64,000 nt of DNA, taken from Takakia lepidozioides. Lineage: Eukaryota; Plantae; Bryophyta. Every line of letters begins with the position of its first letter. Position 1 is the first letter of the stretch. Below, one piece after another: positions 24,627 through 36,327 of the stretch. The stretch spans positions 31,992,001 through 32,056,000 of the forward strand of contig CM060734.1 in assembly GCA_030704615.1 (NCBI GenBank), in the 5' to 3' direction. The notes below the pieces were generated by a model. That model saw only the letters and a list, made by a program, of their open reading frames with translations, had not been told where the DNA came from and made no database searches. The position numbers were made by a program, and so were the translations under genes.

Positions 24627-25620
24627 GCCTCTGTCTGAACTCTCCGTTGGCTCTGCCACATCCTCTCCTCCTTCTTCATCTTCCGTTTCAGAAACTGGAG
24701 TTCCTGCTTTTGGTGTTCCATGCCAACTCTTATCAAAGATTTCTGTCAAATCTTTTATCCAGGGATGTACCTCAGATCTTTCACCTCGTGGTTGATCTTC
24801 TTCCCGTACCAATTCCCTTAATCTTTCTTGCAAAGAAAAAGAAGGAGTGGCATCCAACTCTAGTTCTTCCGGTATGGGTGATGTACTCTCTGATCTTAAT
24901 GGTGTGAGAGGTCCAGATGATTCCCCTATGTCTATTCCTCTCTCCCAAAGATATGGATAATTAGCTTTCAGATAGCTTTCTCTTTTTGCTGAATATCTCT
25001 GGAGTCTAGCTTCTCTTTCATCACTCATGTCCCATGTCTTTTATTTCTTTAATGTGGCAATAACCAAAACTCTCTTCTGTAGTATCTCTCGTATATACCT
25101 GGGTTTCTTTCAAGCTTCAATGCACCCTTGGCTATACTAGAAGTCTCCGTTACCATATAACCATATGGCAAACAAGTCTGGAAAGTTGTTCTTGGTGTGA
25201 GTTTGATCCACAGAATATCCTTTGGAATCCAATTCTTTACCATTACAAGCTCTTCATGCATATGAGTATAAACATTCACCTTCCTTTCCTCCCAGCCTTC
25301 AAACTCCACTCACTTAATGGATGGCAACGCTATCACATAAACCAGTGTTGGTAACCAACGTGCTCTTCCTCTACAGGCCATCTGATAAATCTTTATCACC
25401 CCTTTCTCCAGACCCCACTCAGGGTCGGCATCATGCACTCTCTTAAGAATGTTTTCTTTACAACCGTCTGGCAATTCCAAGAACCTTTGAAAGAATTGTT
25501 TGGACAATCTTTCCTTCTCAGTTTCACAGGGAATTTGATTAACATCAAATTCTTTAATTCTCCATCCACCATGATCCCACCAGATGCCTGTCACATCCGG
25601 TTGTTCATGACCCAGTTCCC
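24621..25620 (-). pseudogene. Element B 5' ORF fragments (putative gag N-terminus)
   Basis: Open frames between the primer-binding site and the pol remnant. No diagnostic motif recognised. Confidence 0.4.
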
Positions 25621-25636
25621 CAGTATGGTCGCCAAA

Positions 25637-26596
25637 TGTCGAACGGCTTCCTTCGCTATCCGAGGTGGAAACTCCAAGATAGAAGAGTTGGATATTTCTA
25701 AGCACTCAGCCCGCTCAGTACAATCAGTCATGATCTACAACTAGTGAATCATGGTTGTGCTTCCCATTTGTATTCCTTCTTGCCTTCATGTTATCAATTC
25801 ACCTTATCTGATACTGAAGCATCAAATTGCTTCAGTATCTACTTAATTCCAATTAATCATGCATTCATTTCACAGCTTCACTCATGTCTCTCTACACAGT
25901 GTGCTTGTATCGAATAAGTATCAGATTATGATTTATCAGGTATCAGACCAATGCCATAGTGACACTAATCTGCCCTACAGTTTCTCTACAACTTTGCATG
26001 TAACAAGCATCTACTGTTCATCTCTCCTCCTTCTCCGTGCTCTCCGCCTGATCTCCTCTCATACATGACCAAGAAGCCCTCCCCGTGAAGTGTGTCCCCT
26101 CTTTCCGTTGCCGCTCCCCTTATCTGCCCGCAAGCTGTTCTAACCACCTAACTAATTAACCGTCATCCCTGTAGTAACACGTTCCTTTTGCAGATGTTGT
26201 TCCCTCATAGTCGTTCCCTGCCAATGATAACTGTTAACCGTCATCCCTGTAGTAACACGTTCCTTCTGCAGATGTCGTTCCCTCACAGTCATTCCCTGCC
26301 AATGATAATTGTTCCCCACGTACTGTGACAAGCTGTGTCGAGCTGTGTCGAGCTGTGACTGGCTGTGACTGGCTGTGTCGGCTGTGTCGGGCTGTGGTGG
26401 GCTGTGACTGGCTGTGTCGGGCTTTGTCGGGCTGTGACGGGCTGTGTCGGGCTGTGGCGGCTGTGACGGGCTGTGTAACCCCCCTAAAGCCTGCTGCTGC
26501 CACCCCTAAGGCTCCTGTTGGTCTCAGTCTGCGCAAAAATTAAGGGTACCCCACAAAACCCGTAAAAGCGTCTAAGTCCCAAGCAACCCTCTAACA
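25637..26596 (-). repeat. 5' LTR of element B
   Basis: Direct repeat of 17091-18063 with scattered substitutions, a 13-bp indel near 17104 and array length variation. Confidence 0.95.
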
Positions 26597-27000
26597 TGGC
26601 CCAGCCGAGAGGAGGTATAGGCCACTACGAGTCTTGTTGGATTCGGGAGCACAGCCATTGATGTTGGGGAGAGCAGCAGTTGCAAGCTTGGGCCTTACAG
26701 AGGCGGATTTGGAGCCTTGCCTTTTCTAGATTCAGACATCTTTAGGTGGTTCAGAGAAGACACAAGGGATCACACGCCATGAGCTCTTCATTCGACTACA
26801 ACCAGATCATCTTATGGATGGCTCAGTCATGAGAGCCAAAACCATTGTTTACGAACGCGATGTCCTATGATGTGCTTGTTGGTGGGGTTATGTTATACCC
26901 AATGGAATTTACTCTGGACTTTTGGGAGGAAACGACGTCCTATAGGCCGGAGTGGCAGTCAGGGGATAGCCGACGTGCACTGCTCCTAGTGCGGTTTATT
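26597..27000 (+). pseudogene. Element A aspartic protease
   Basis: RVLLDSGAQPLMLG (DSG active site, about 26640) and YDVLVGG (ILG-type motif). Confidence 0.8.
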
Positions 27001-27354
27001 GGGAATGTAGCGGTGAATCACAGGAACATGATGCCAACATTGGCTGCATTTTCAGGTGTGGTGGCTTGGGGTGGTGAGCTCTTGAAGGGCAATAGCCATG
27101 CAGATGATAGGCCACCACCTGATGAGGACAAGCAATTGGCATACAAGGCTGAGTTGTTTCCTCGTGTTCCTGTGCATAGCTCACTATGGGGTACAGTTGG
27201 GAATTTGCAGCAAGTGGCCAGCCAGTGTTTGCAGCAAACATGACAGGAGGCCTTTCCATCGGTAGGTGAGGGGAGTTCAGTGACATCACCTGGACCTCCT
27301 CAGTTAGCTCCATTGGACACAATGCCTACTATCTGGCAGAAACTTGACTCAGAC

Positions 27355-28336
27355 ATTTGTTTGCTAGACCTGTTTAGAGCATGAGCATTGGGTTTGCAGG
27401 AGTGTTGCAACCAAGAATCAAAGTACGCAAGTACTTATAAGTGGAGAAGGATGAGATTGCTCGCCGTGTTTCCATGCACCATGTTGTCTTACTCACATAT
27501 CAGTATCATGAGTTGTTGCCTCTCTCAACAATTCAAGGGTACCAAAAGGCCTTGCCAGCAGACATTATCATGCTGGGGGCGGAGGATTTGGATCGACATG
27601 GTCCCATTGACTTGGTGATAGCAGGGTGGCCTTGCCAAGGACATTCTCCCGCAGGTCATGGTAATGGTTTGCATGATGCACGATCGTATCTGTTTTGGGA
27701 GATGTTGCGAGTGTTGCGTGACTTGCAGGTGAGGCAAGTGCAACCTCTAGTTTACATCCTGGAGAATGTTCCTCTCATGGGGTCTATCGGGCCAGGGTTA
27801 TGGTCAATGTGCATCAGATCCGGTCATGGATTGGACCAGCTGTATTGTTAGATGCAGCTGTAGTGGGTTCACGGACACATAGGCCTAGGTTGTGGTGGAC
27901 CAATCTTGCACCACCGGAGTTGCTCAAGAGAGCCTATTATTCCATTCAACGGCCACCCAACCTCACGGTTGAGGGAATTTTGGACCAAGGGAGGCAACCA
28001 CAGAGAGTGCAACATGATGATCGTCTACCTTTGGCGGTGGTCAATCGAGTGAGGCAACCACGTGCGGCCTTGCCTACACTCATGAGTTTTCCCTCGTCTC
28101 ATGCTTTTCGAGACAATGGTCCAGGGTTGATTTGGGACAATGCGCTATAACAATTGGTGGAGCCTAGTGCGGATGAGCGAGAACGGGCAATGGGGTTTGC
28201 CACGGGCAGTACAGCTATGTCAGCTCTGTCAGAGGCATCACGACGCCAGATGTTGGATCAAACAATGGATCTCAATTGTCTGACATGGGATATTGGCTTA
28301 TGCATGGTTGAACAACGGAGATTGCAAGCAGAGTAA
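27355..28336 (+). pseudogene. C5-cytosine DNA methyltransferase domain, DNMT3-like, inside the element A polyprotein
   Basis: Motif I ICLLDLF(R)/GMSIG, II YL*VEKD, IV GPIDLVIAGWPCQGHS, VI YILENV, VIII LLDAAVVGSRTHRPRLWWTNL, IX ERERAMGF, X RRQMLDQTMD. Linear I-X order. Two frameshifts and two stops. Confidence 0.93.
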
Positions 28337-28346
28337 GTGCAAACTA

Positions 28347-29082
28347 CACTGGCTCAAAAGCGGCAGATGTGCCCTCCACTAAAAATCCATAAGAAAAAAT
28401 TAATTAAATTTATATTTAAGGATATTTGTTCAAATATATTTTTATCTTCATAGGTAATGGTATACTAATCATATTTAGTAAATGGTCTCATCCCAAATAT
28501 TTGAGATATTTTTTATTGTAATTATTTTCTAACATTTTTTCCTTACTTAGAAATAATAGCTATTTACTATTATCTTGTAGTTTATGAAATTTGTCCATAT
28601 AACAATAAGCTCCTAGAGACAATAACAATATATATATTCCTAGCAAAGATCTCCACCCAAATATGAGTTTTTCAAAATGTTAGGACAAATCGTCATTTTG
28701 GGGATTTTTTTGGTACAAAAAAGTCCATAGAGTCTTGATGGATGGATGGAATTGTTCACAAATTTATGTTTGTGTCTATTTAAACATTGTGTATCCAGTA
28801 GTAAAGTCCATATATGAATTGGTTTTGCACAAATAAGTTATTCAAATGGCATTTGGGACATTAGATGGACTGTGACATTCCATTGGAATTCCCTACAAAA
28901 GTCCATAGCTTCATGAGATTTCATCCAAATTCCAAAATAATTGTACCCACATGTACATATGGTAGATGGCTAACCTATTTTAAGTCCATTTGCTATGAAT
29001 GTATACTTATGTGTATAGGATGCAGAATAATATGACAAGCAGTCAGTCGAAAACTACAAATTGAGTCCAAACTAAGCCAGTG
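28347..29082. mobile_element. AT-rich non-autonomous DNA element (MITE) with short TIRs and TA duplication
   Basis: ta|cactggct...agccagtg|ta. Sharp AT-rich island between the DNMT and RT regions. Tc1/mariner-like or CACTG-type. Confidence 0.8.
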
Positions 29083-29499
29083 TAGTCTACATCTACCCAG
29101 CATTGGTGACTACTTGTGCACTTCCATTGGATATTGCACCCTCTTTGCCAACCGGGACGGTGGAGGCAGTGAGTGGGGGCGAGCACAAGATCATGGGGTG
29201 CAAACACCCACGGCAGATGTGGGATGAGATGCGGAAAGAGAGAGTCATTGGATCTCTCAAACAACAATATGAGGAGTGGGGAGAGCCATACACTAAGGAT
29301 CAGTTGGAGGCCAATGTGGCCAATGTTTTTGAAGAGGTTGAGAATGTTTCTTCACTAGAAGATGTTCTCAAGGTGGCTATGGCGGAGCAAGTGGAGGCTA
29401 CGCCACAGTCAGGGTGGGCGGACAAGGCCCAAGAGGTTGCTATCTAGCAACCAAAGGTTGCGTCTCCTACCTCCAAGCCTGGTGTATCCAAGGTTGTAG

Positions 29500-31545
29500 T
29501 CACTGAGGACAATTGGGAACCAGATGTTAGACCTACAGTCACCAGAGGAGAGAGACGGAGGATCCAGCGATTTCTAAGGGCTTATAGAAATTGCTTTGCC
29601 TTCGGTTTGAAGGATTTGGGGTGTTTGAAGGGCCAGGAGATTCGTATTGATTTTGCAAGTGATACGCCAATTTTTCGAAGGCCCTATAGGTATAGTGACA
29701 TGGAGAGATATTTGATCCAGTCACGGACTATGGAGTTGTTCGAAGCTGGATTGGTAGAGTTGTCAGGCGGGGAGTATGCCTCAACAACGGTGATGTCAGC
29801 TAAGAATGATATCTATGGCAATTGGACAGAAAGAGGATGTGTGGGGACTATCGTCTTGTAAACCGTCAGACTAAGTCCAATAGATATGCCATGCCAACTC
29901 CAGAGGAAATCTTTGATGCCATTGGGCATGCGAAGATGTTTAGCACATTGGACTTACGATCGGGTTATCACCAGTTACCAATCAAAGAGGTTGACAAGCA
30001 AAAGACGACATTCTGGGGGATTGACCAGCATGGGAAGGATTGTTGTACCAATGGCGCTTCCTACCATTTGGGTATCAGAGGTTCATGGATATGATTCTTG
30101 CAGGGCTAGACTTCGCTTGGTGCTACATTGATGATACCATCATCTTTAGTGCCACGGTTGAGGAGCATGAGAGACACCTTCATGTGGTGCTTGAGTGCTT
30201 GATGGCGCATGGATTGAAACTGCACCCTGGCAAGTGCAAGTTCTTCCACGATCAGATTGAGTATCTGGGCCACATGATATATCCTGGAGGATTGGGTGTT
30301 CAACAGACAAAGGTGGAGGCCATTGCACGCATTCTACGCCCCATAGATGTAGCAAACTACTATTGTCGGTTTGTCAAGGGATTTAGCAGCATTGCGAAGG
30401 CTCTTACCAAATTGACCAAGGTGGGTCAGGAGTGGCAGTGGGAGAAGGAGCAAGAGGAAGCCTTTGAGAAACTCAAGGCTCGATTGATTTCTGCGCCTAT
30501 TCTGAGGCGGCCTATTTGGGGGCGGCCTTTCCAGCTACACACGGATTGGAGTATGATGGGGATTGGAGCAGTGCTCACACAGATGGATGATAAGGGAAGA
30601 GAGTTCGTAGTGGCATATGCTAGCCGCTCGAACAATGATGCTGAGACGAAGTATAAGCTCATATGAAGGAGAGTGTCTAGCTGTAGTATGGGCAGTGACA
30701 CATTTCTATCTCTATGGCAATCTCTTTACCTGTCACGGACATAGCCCAGAGGAACTTACCAGGAGTAAATACCAGAAGTTACAAAATTACCATGTTACCG
30801 GAAGTTACCATGACTTACCGTGATTTATCATGATCTACCATGATTTATCATTACTTACCAAGTTACCGGGAGTTTACCAAATTACTAAGAGTAACTTGGG
30901 AAACTACTCAGAAAGCTTCCTTTTGAGGAAACTTCTCCATCAAGATACCTCCTTTGTTTAAGGAAGCTTCTCCATCAAGAAACCTTTGGTTAATCTTGGA
31001 AACTTCTCCAGCAAGAAACCTCCATAGGGGAAGTTTCTTGGGGAAGTTTCTTAGTAGCCAGTATATATAGGAGGCGAGACTAGACACTCTTCAGTCTCGC
31101 CAACACAAGTTCAAGCTACTCTTGTTCCAAGTCCAGTACTCCAGTCCAGCTTCCAATATCCAGTCCAGTTTCCAGCATTCCAGTATCCGAGTCGAGTTCC
31201 AGTATTTTGTACTCTTGTCCATTGTTATAAAGATCATCTTGATTCATGTTCACCTACCATGCATTCGGCCACGCCGACCTTGACTTCTTATCTAGTCTTG
31301 TACCTCTACTCTGATACCTTGTTTGTGTTCTGTCATGTTCTCGTCCTTGACATTACCCTTGTCATGGATCATCAACCATTGAAGTGGTTGATGGAGTCAG
31401 ACAAGCTTATAGGGAAGCTTGCACGGTGGGCACTTATGCTTCAAGAGTACGACTTCGAGGTGGTACATCGAGCCGGAATAGTCAACCGGGATGCGGATGG
31501 ATTGAGTCGCAATCCATGTACAAGTGAGCTTGATGATACATGACA
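29500..31545 (+). pseudogene. pol: Element A reverse transcriptase and RNase H (interrupted by solo LTR)
   Basis: PIFRRPYR, RMCGDYR, FSTLDLRSGYHQL, LPFG, YIDD (30124), LKLHPGKC, YLGH, LHTDWS, AYASR, DHQPLKWL, DADGLSR. Confidence 0.95.
30731..31352 (+). mobile_element. Solo LTR (622 bp)
   Basis: tgtcacggac...gtccttgaca inverted ends, perfect 5-bp TSD TTACC (30726-30730 and 31353-31357), TATA near 31062. Removal restores RNase H YGNLFT/LVMDHQP. Confidence 0.93.
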
Positions 31546-31859
31546 TTGGCATGGTGAGACGGACGAGGAGATGGTGCCAGGATGACACGCATCTGCCTTT
31601 TTGTGTATTCTAGCGATGAGAGCTCAAGCTGGTCCATCCCATGTGATTGGTCATATAGTGTGCATGATGATCTAGAGATCAGTGAGAAGCTTGGTGGTGT
31701 TAAGAATGTGCATGAAGATGCAACAGTGTTGGCCTACCTTCGTACTGGAGAAGGAGAAAGATCAGATCCTACAACGAGCCAAGAGATTCAAGTGGGAGGG
31801 GACTCACCTACTCCGAGTATGGAAGGATGGACGAGTGAGGATTGTTCTTCATCCAACAC

Positions 31860-32930
31860 AACGAGCGCGATTGGTACGCCATGCCCATGAGGAGTTGAGA
31901 CATTTTGGGGTGCGGCGTACTCATAGTTTGCTGTAAGGACAATATTGGTGGCGGGGCATGCACACGGATGTGCAACAGTTGGTGGCAAGGTGTATGGTGT
32001 GTGAAAGAGTGCGGGCTTCTGTCAATGCACCTACTCCACAATTGCATTATTTACCCATTATGGGTTTGGGCTATCATTGGAGTCTTGACTTCGCAGGCCC
32101 ATTGCCACTAACAATTCGCCATAACAAGTATGTGCTGGTGATGGTGGAACATTTCTCCAAGTGGATTGAACTGGCAGCATTGCCTGACAAGGCAAGTGAG
32201 GGGGCTGCGTATGGATTATTAGATCGAGTGTTTAGCCAATTTGGTGCTCCAGCCGAGGTACTCACAGACCAAGGGAGAGAATTTTTGGGGGAGTTTCAGG
32301 CTTTGTGTGAGCAAGCCTTGATAGATCACCACACTACTTCTCGGGATCATCCCGAGGCTGATGGCTTGGTAGAGAGGGTTGTGCAAACAGTCAAGCGAGG
32401 CTTGTGCAAGTATGACTTGCAGAAGAGACACTTGGGAGATTGGGACCTTCAGCTACCTTGGTTGGCCATGGGCTACAGGTTTAACAAGCAAGCATCACTT
32501 GCCTCGTTCTCGTCTTATTTCCTTCTCTTTGGCCGAGAGCCAGATTTGTTTGCATCTATTCGCAGGGAGACTGCAGTAGTCCTCAAGCTTGATGATCCGG
32601 ATGTGTGGACACAAGGATGTGCCCAGTCGGCAGAATTGTTCAAGAGAGTCATGCCTATGGCTTTTGAGAACATTTCTATTGCCCAACATCGAGATACATT
32701 GAGGTACGTCATTATACGTGGATGGGGATATTGACCAAGTGTTTGGCGTTTCCATCCTGGGGACTATGTGTATCAGCAGCAGACAACGCCCACGACCTTG
32801 GATGTCACAGCAGGTCATGTGATTCTAAGGGTCCGGGAGGTGTTGCTTCAGGAGTGTTGATTCTGGAGGGTCGAGATGGCATGGTATGGAAAAGACCATG
32901 TGCGCAATTATGCGTCATGTCACCTTCCAC
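31860..32930 (+). pseudogene. Element A integrase
   Basis: HAHEELRHFG...CMVCER zinc finger; WSLDFAGP, LTDQGREF, HPEADGLVERVV (DDE); RFHPGDYVY C-terminal domain. Confidence 0.95.
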
Positions 32931-32983
32931 ATATGGATGGGAGAATAAATCCCAACCTTGCACTGGTACCTGCAAGGTTGCGT

Positions 32984-33133
32984 TGCATGCTATGTGGGCA
33001 TGCTGGTGGTGCCACGACCATGTTGGTGTGTGACAAATGCTCAAGGGGGTGACACATGGGATGCTTGATACCACCACTTCAGGAGGTTCTTAGTGGAGAA
33101 TGGTTGTGTCCACGATGCCTTGGACAGATGTAG
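32984..33133 (+). pseudogene. PHD finger (C4HC3) at the C-terminus of element A integrase
   Basis: Manual translation CMLCGHAGGATTMLVCDKCSRG*HMGCLIPPLQEVLSGEWLCPRC. One TGA at 33050 (likely from TGG). Confidence 0.92.
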
Positions 33134-33389
33134 TGGGGCATGATAGTGGTGAGGTTGACAAGTGATTCAAGGTATAGCTACCGGGAGTTCAATGCCATGG
33201 ACACCCAATTGAGGCCATGGATTGCAGGAAGGCGAGTAACGAGGGGCTATTTTTGCACCCGGCCTCTTGATTTATTGACTTCAGATACTGGGACTTGGGC
33301 GATTGATGACTAAGCGATGATCTTATTGGGATGGATACTTGCCAGCTATCCGGTGTTAGAGGGATCTAATCACCAGCTAGGGGGGCGAT

Positions 33390-33585
33390 TGTGGTATAGC
33401 TTTTTAGGATTGTGTGCTTAGATTATGTGGTGGACAGCGATGTATGTTATGGCACGATGCTTAGGTGCACGATAACTGTCATGGTTTTAGTCATGGTTAT
33501 CTAGAATTACCTACTTCTAGTTAACTAGGATATTTTAGATATTTATATCTATATTTTGTGTGTTGGGACTTCATTTGGTCTCACA
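33390..33585 (+). repeat. Candidate 3' LTR of element A
   Basis: Begins tgtg just after the polypurine tract and ends caca. The last ~100 bp are related to 14393-14487. Confidence 0.6.
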
Positions 33586-34244
33586 TGCCAAGAGCTACTG
33601 ATATGTAGGCCTTCGTCCGATGGCAATACCAAAGAAGTGTTGGGTATTGGCAAAAATCTGACATTTGGATACCATAGTGGTATTAATAACACTGTTGGTG
33701 TGGTGTTTGAGGGGTATCAATATAGTAAGAGTTTTGAAAAGCCTCGATACCAAGCAATAGCAATACTGGTCTGGTAACAAACAAGCTATATTGAAAGAAA
33801 AGTCCCACTTCTCATACTACATTAAAAACATATACCGAATAAACATGCTTCTCATTGAATCTACTCTTCAGCTTTTGTAATTCATCTTCGTTTGCATTTA
33901 AGAGCTCAGATTCAAGATTGAAAAATCTCTCAAAAGTTACCTACTCATACCTTAATTTTTCCTCACAAAATGGATGTGGTATTGGTATGAGGTACGAGAT
34001 CTTCAACCACCTACCAGGTTGGTATGGTATTGCCCACAATATTAGTAAACACAATATTGGCCCAATATCGGTATATGGTGGGTGGTGGCATGAGCTGATT
34101 CCAGACTGGTCCGGTACTTCGAACCAATATTATATATACACTAGTATTGGTACCCAGTTATTTATCGAGGCTGTTTTTTACGACTGTGAAACCAAATCTT
34201 TTTTTTCTAAGTAAAGCAAATGGGGCATTGTTTTAAAAAAAAAA

Positions 34245-34610
34245 AATTACCGGCGAAAAATCTCTAGACTTCAACCTGGAAAATGGGTCAGCTACGTGTA
34301 CCAAGGAATCATGGGGAAAGACACTAAGGTAGTGGTATCTAAAAGTGTGCATTTAAGCCATCGTTTTTTGTATTGGTGAATTTTTGCCAGATTTCGACCT
34401 CAAAAATAAAATGGAATATTCTGTCAAAATTCCCTATTTTTTCATGGATGAAATCGCCAAACATCTCCAAATAAAAGATAAATTATGGATGAATTAGCCA
34501 AATATGGATGATATAAATGGATTACAGTAGAGAGCTGGATTTAGTGGATGAACATAATGTACGGCTATTTTTTTGGTAGCCACTCGTGCTAAATTTCTCA
34601 AAACAATGCT
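34245..34610 (+). repeat. Dispersed AT-rich repeat family members
   Basis: Matches 11540-11655 (inverted) and 13664-13950 (direct). Confidence 0.75.
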
Positions 34611-36327
34611 GATTTAAGCAGTGTGTACTGCTCAAAGGGTGCAATGTAATAAATGCATGGAATTCATGTAAGCCCTGCCGTATAGTAATTATGAATATGT
34701 AGTAAAAAATCTGGAAGATCTTAGTCTAAACATCTTGTTGAGCCCTAAATCACCCAGGTGGCACGCACGGTAATATCCAATGGACTTTCATTTATGGCAT
34801 GCACCAGAAGTTGAACGGATGTCATTCATTAAATGACAGAATATTCTCTTGACAACTGTCTCGATCGAATGGGAAGTCTAATCGAAAGTATCGGTGCTAA
34901 AGCAGCTGAAACCCATTGCGTAGTCCTGCCTAGAGAAGGCAAGGCCAACAAAAATTACATGCAGAATAGCAAATGAAGACACAATCACTTGTGCAAAGCA
35001 CATATTAATTTTCCACTGATGTATTATATATGAATTATCAAAGTCAAAGTACCTATTAAAGACATCAAAGACATAGGATGGGAGTTGAATGTGCCCATGC
35101 CAGCCTGTTGGGCTTCGCTGGAGATGGAGGCCCTTGGAGATGGAGGCCCTTGGAAATTGACGTCCTTGACGGGGGACCGCAATCAAATCCCCACCCCCTA
35201 GCTTGCCCTTGTGCCTAAATTATAGAATAAAACATTGAATTTTTCATAAGGTTGCAAGATAGTGGATGGATAGCTTGGTGTTAAATGCACTAATTTATAT
35301 TGTAAGAGTGTTGGATTCAAACCTTGGCCCTGGTGTGATTCATTTGATATAATTAGAAGAACTGAGCATAAAATTTTTGTATCTCAAAAAAAAATTCAAA
35401 GTCCGTGAAGCGGATCTCCGCTCCTCTGTTTGCAATTTGCTCCCCCGCTCCCTCGGCTCTCCTGTTACTACTCCTGCTCCCCTATGTTACTGCTCCCCAA
35501 GAAGGAGAGAGCAGAAATCCGAGAACAGGGGAATAAGCCCCCCAAGTTTTGGGTGGGCCTGGTTTATTCTAGAGTGGTCCAGGAATTAGCGAGGTCCAGG
35601 AAGTAAAAAGGGGGGCTAATCTAATAAGGTCATGTGTATTAAGGAATGAAATGAAGGGTAAAATAAAAGACGGCAGGAGGGCAATCCTGTATTAAATCGA
35701 CGATGGTTCACGCACGTGAACCTACGCACTGCGGGCCGCGATCTGTCTCGATTGTTCTAGAGTCGATCCTTCTAGAACACTACATGCAGGGTGACGGGTG
35801 GTATGGAAAGAGGAACAGATCAGGTCGCAATGACAGAGTGCATGAGAGTATGAACGCGATAGGGACATGGCGATGCTGAAGGCGATAGCGCGAAAAAGAG
35901 GACCTACGCAGAATGAAGAGAAGATTGGAGGTTGGGTAGCGCGTGAGCGTGCTCACGTGAGCATAAGGGCATATTCCCGAATTTGCACGAAATTTCCGCG
36001 AAATTTCCATTGCGAAACGAATTTGGCGAAACTAAAAACTATGTGAAACTAACACATAGATAACACGTAGCCCCTATACCCGATGAGCATGTTACCCTAT
36101 AGACGTGGTGTTTTCTCCATAACAGGCACGAGAGTGTGCAGTGAGGCTTCAACTGAAATTGTAGGTCCTCACCCATAGCTAATTTCTCACGGAAGGAATA
36201 TGTACCACACAACCTGATAATTTTGTAAGGCGAAACTCTATACCAACCTGCCTTATAAGAAATTAACTGCAGCAAAAAGTATGAGAAGCTCACTATTAAA
36301 GTCCCCATCACCAAGACCATATCACCA

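Larger units (their letters stand above)
17091..26596 (-). mobile_element. Nested Ty3/Gypsy element B, two near-identical LTRs, lacking protease and RT core
   Basis: LTRs 17091-18063 and 25637-26596, both TG...CA. TSD tggca/tggcc (4 of 5 match); removing the element restores the host frame. Primer-binding site tggcgaccatactgggga inside the right LTR and polypurine tract gagagagggagggg next to the left LTR, both on the minus strand. Confidence 0.95.
14393..33585 (+). mobile_element. Ty3/Gypsy LTR retrotransposon A (gag-PR-DNMT3-RT-RH-INT-PHD), decayed, with three nested insertions
   Basis: Collinear plus-strand domains once the insertions are removed. Polypurine tract agggggg at 33379-33385 precedes tgtgg (33390). 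Terminal segments 14393-14487 and 33477-33576 are related. No target-site duplication (TSD) found. Confidence 0.88.

Noticed and set aside
27355-28336. Bacterial restriction-modification methylase or contamination
   Set aside because: Embedded collinearly between Gypsy protease and RT, has DNMT3-type motifs, no cognate endonuclease, and eukaryotic context on both sides.
14427-33576. DIRS-type (tyrosine recombinase) element suggested by terminal inverted repeats and a methyltransferase
   Set aside because: The element has a DDE integrase and an aspartic protease, no tyrosine recombinase motif, and the methyltransferase is C5-cytosine type rather than the DAM-like type of DIRS.
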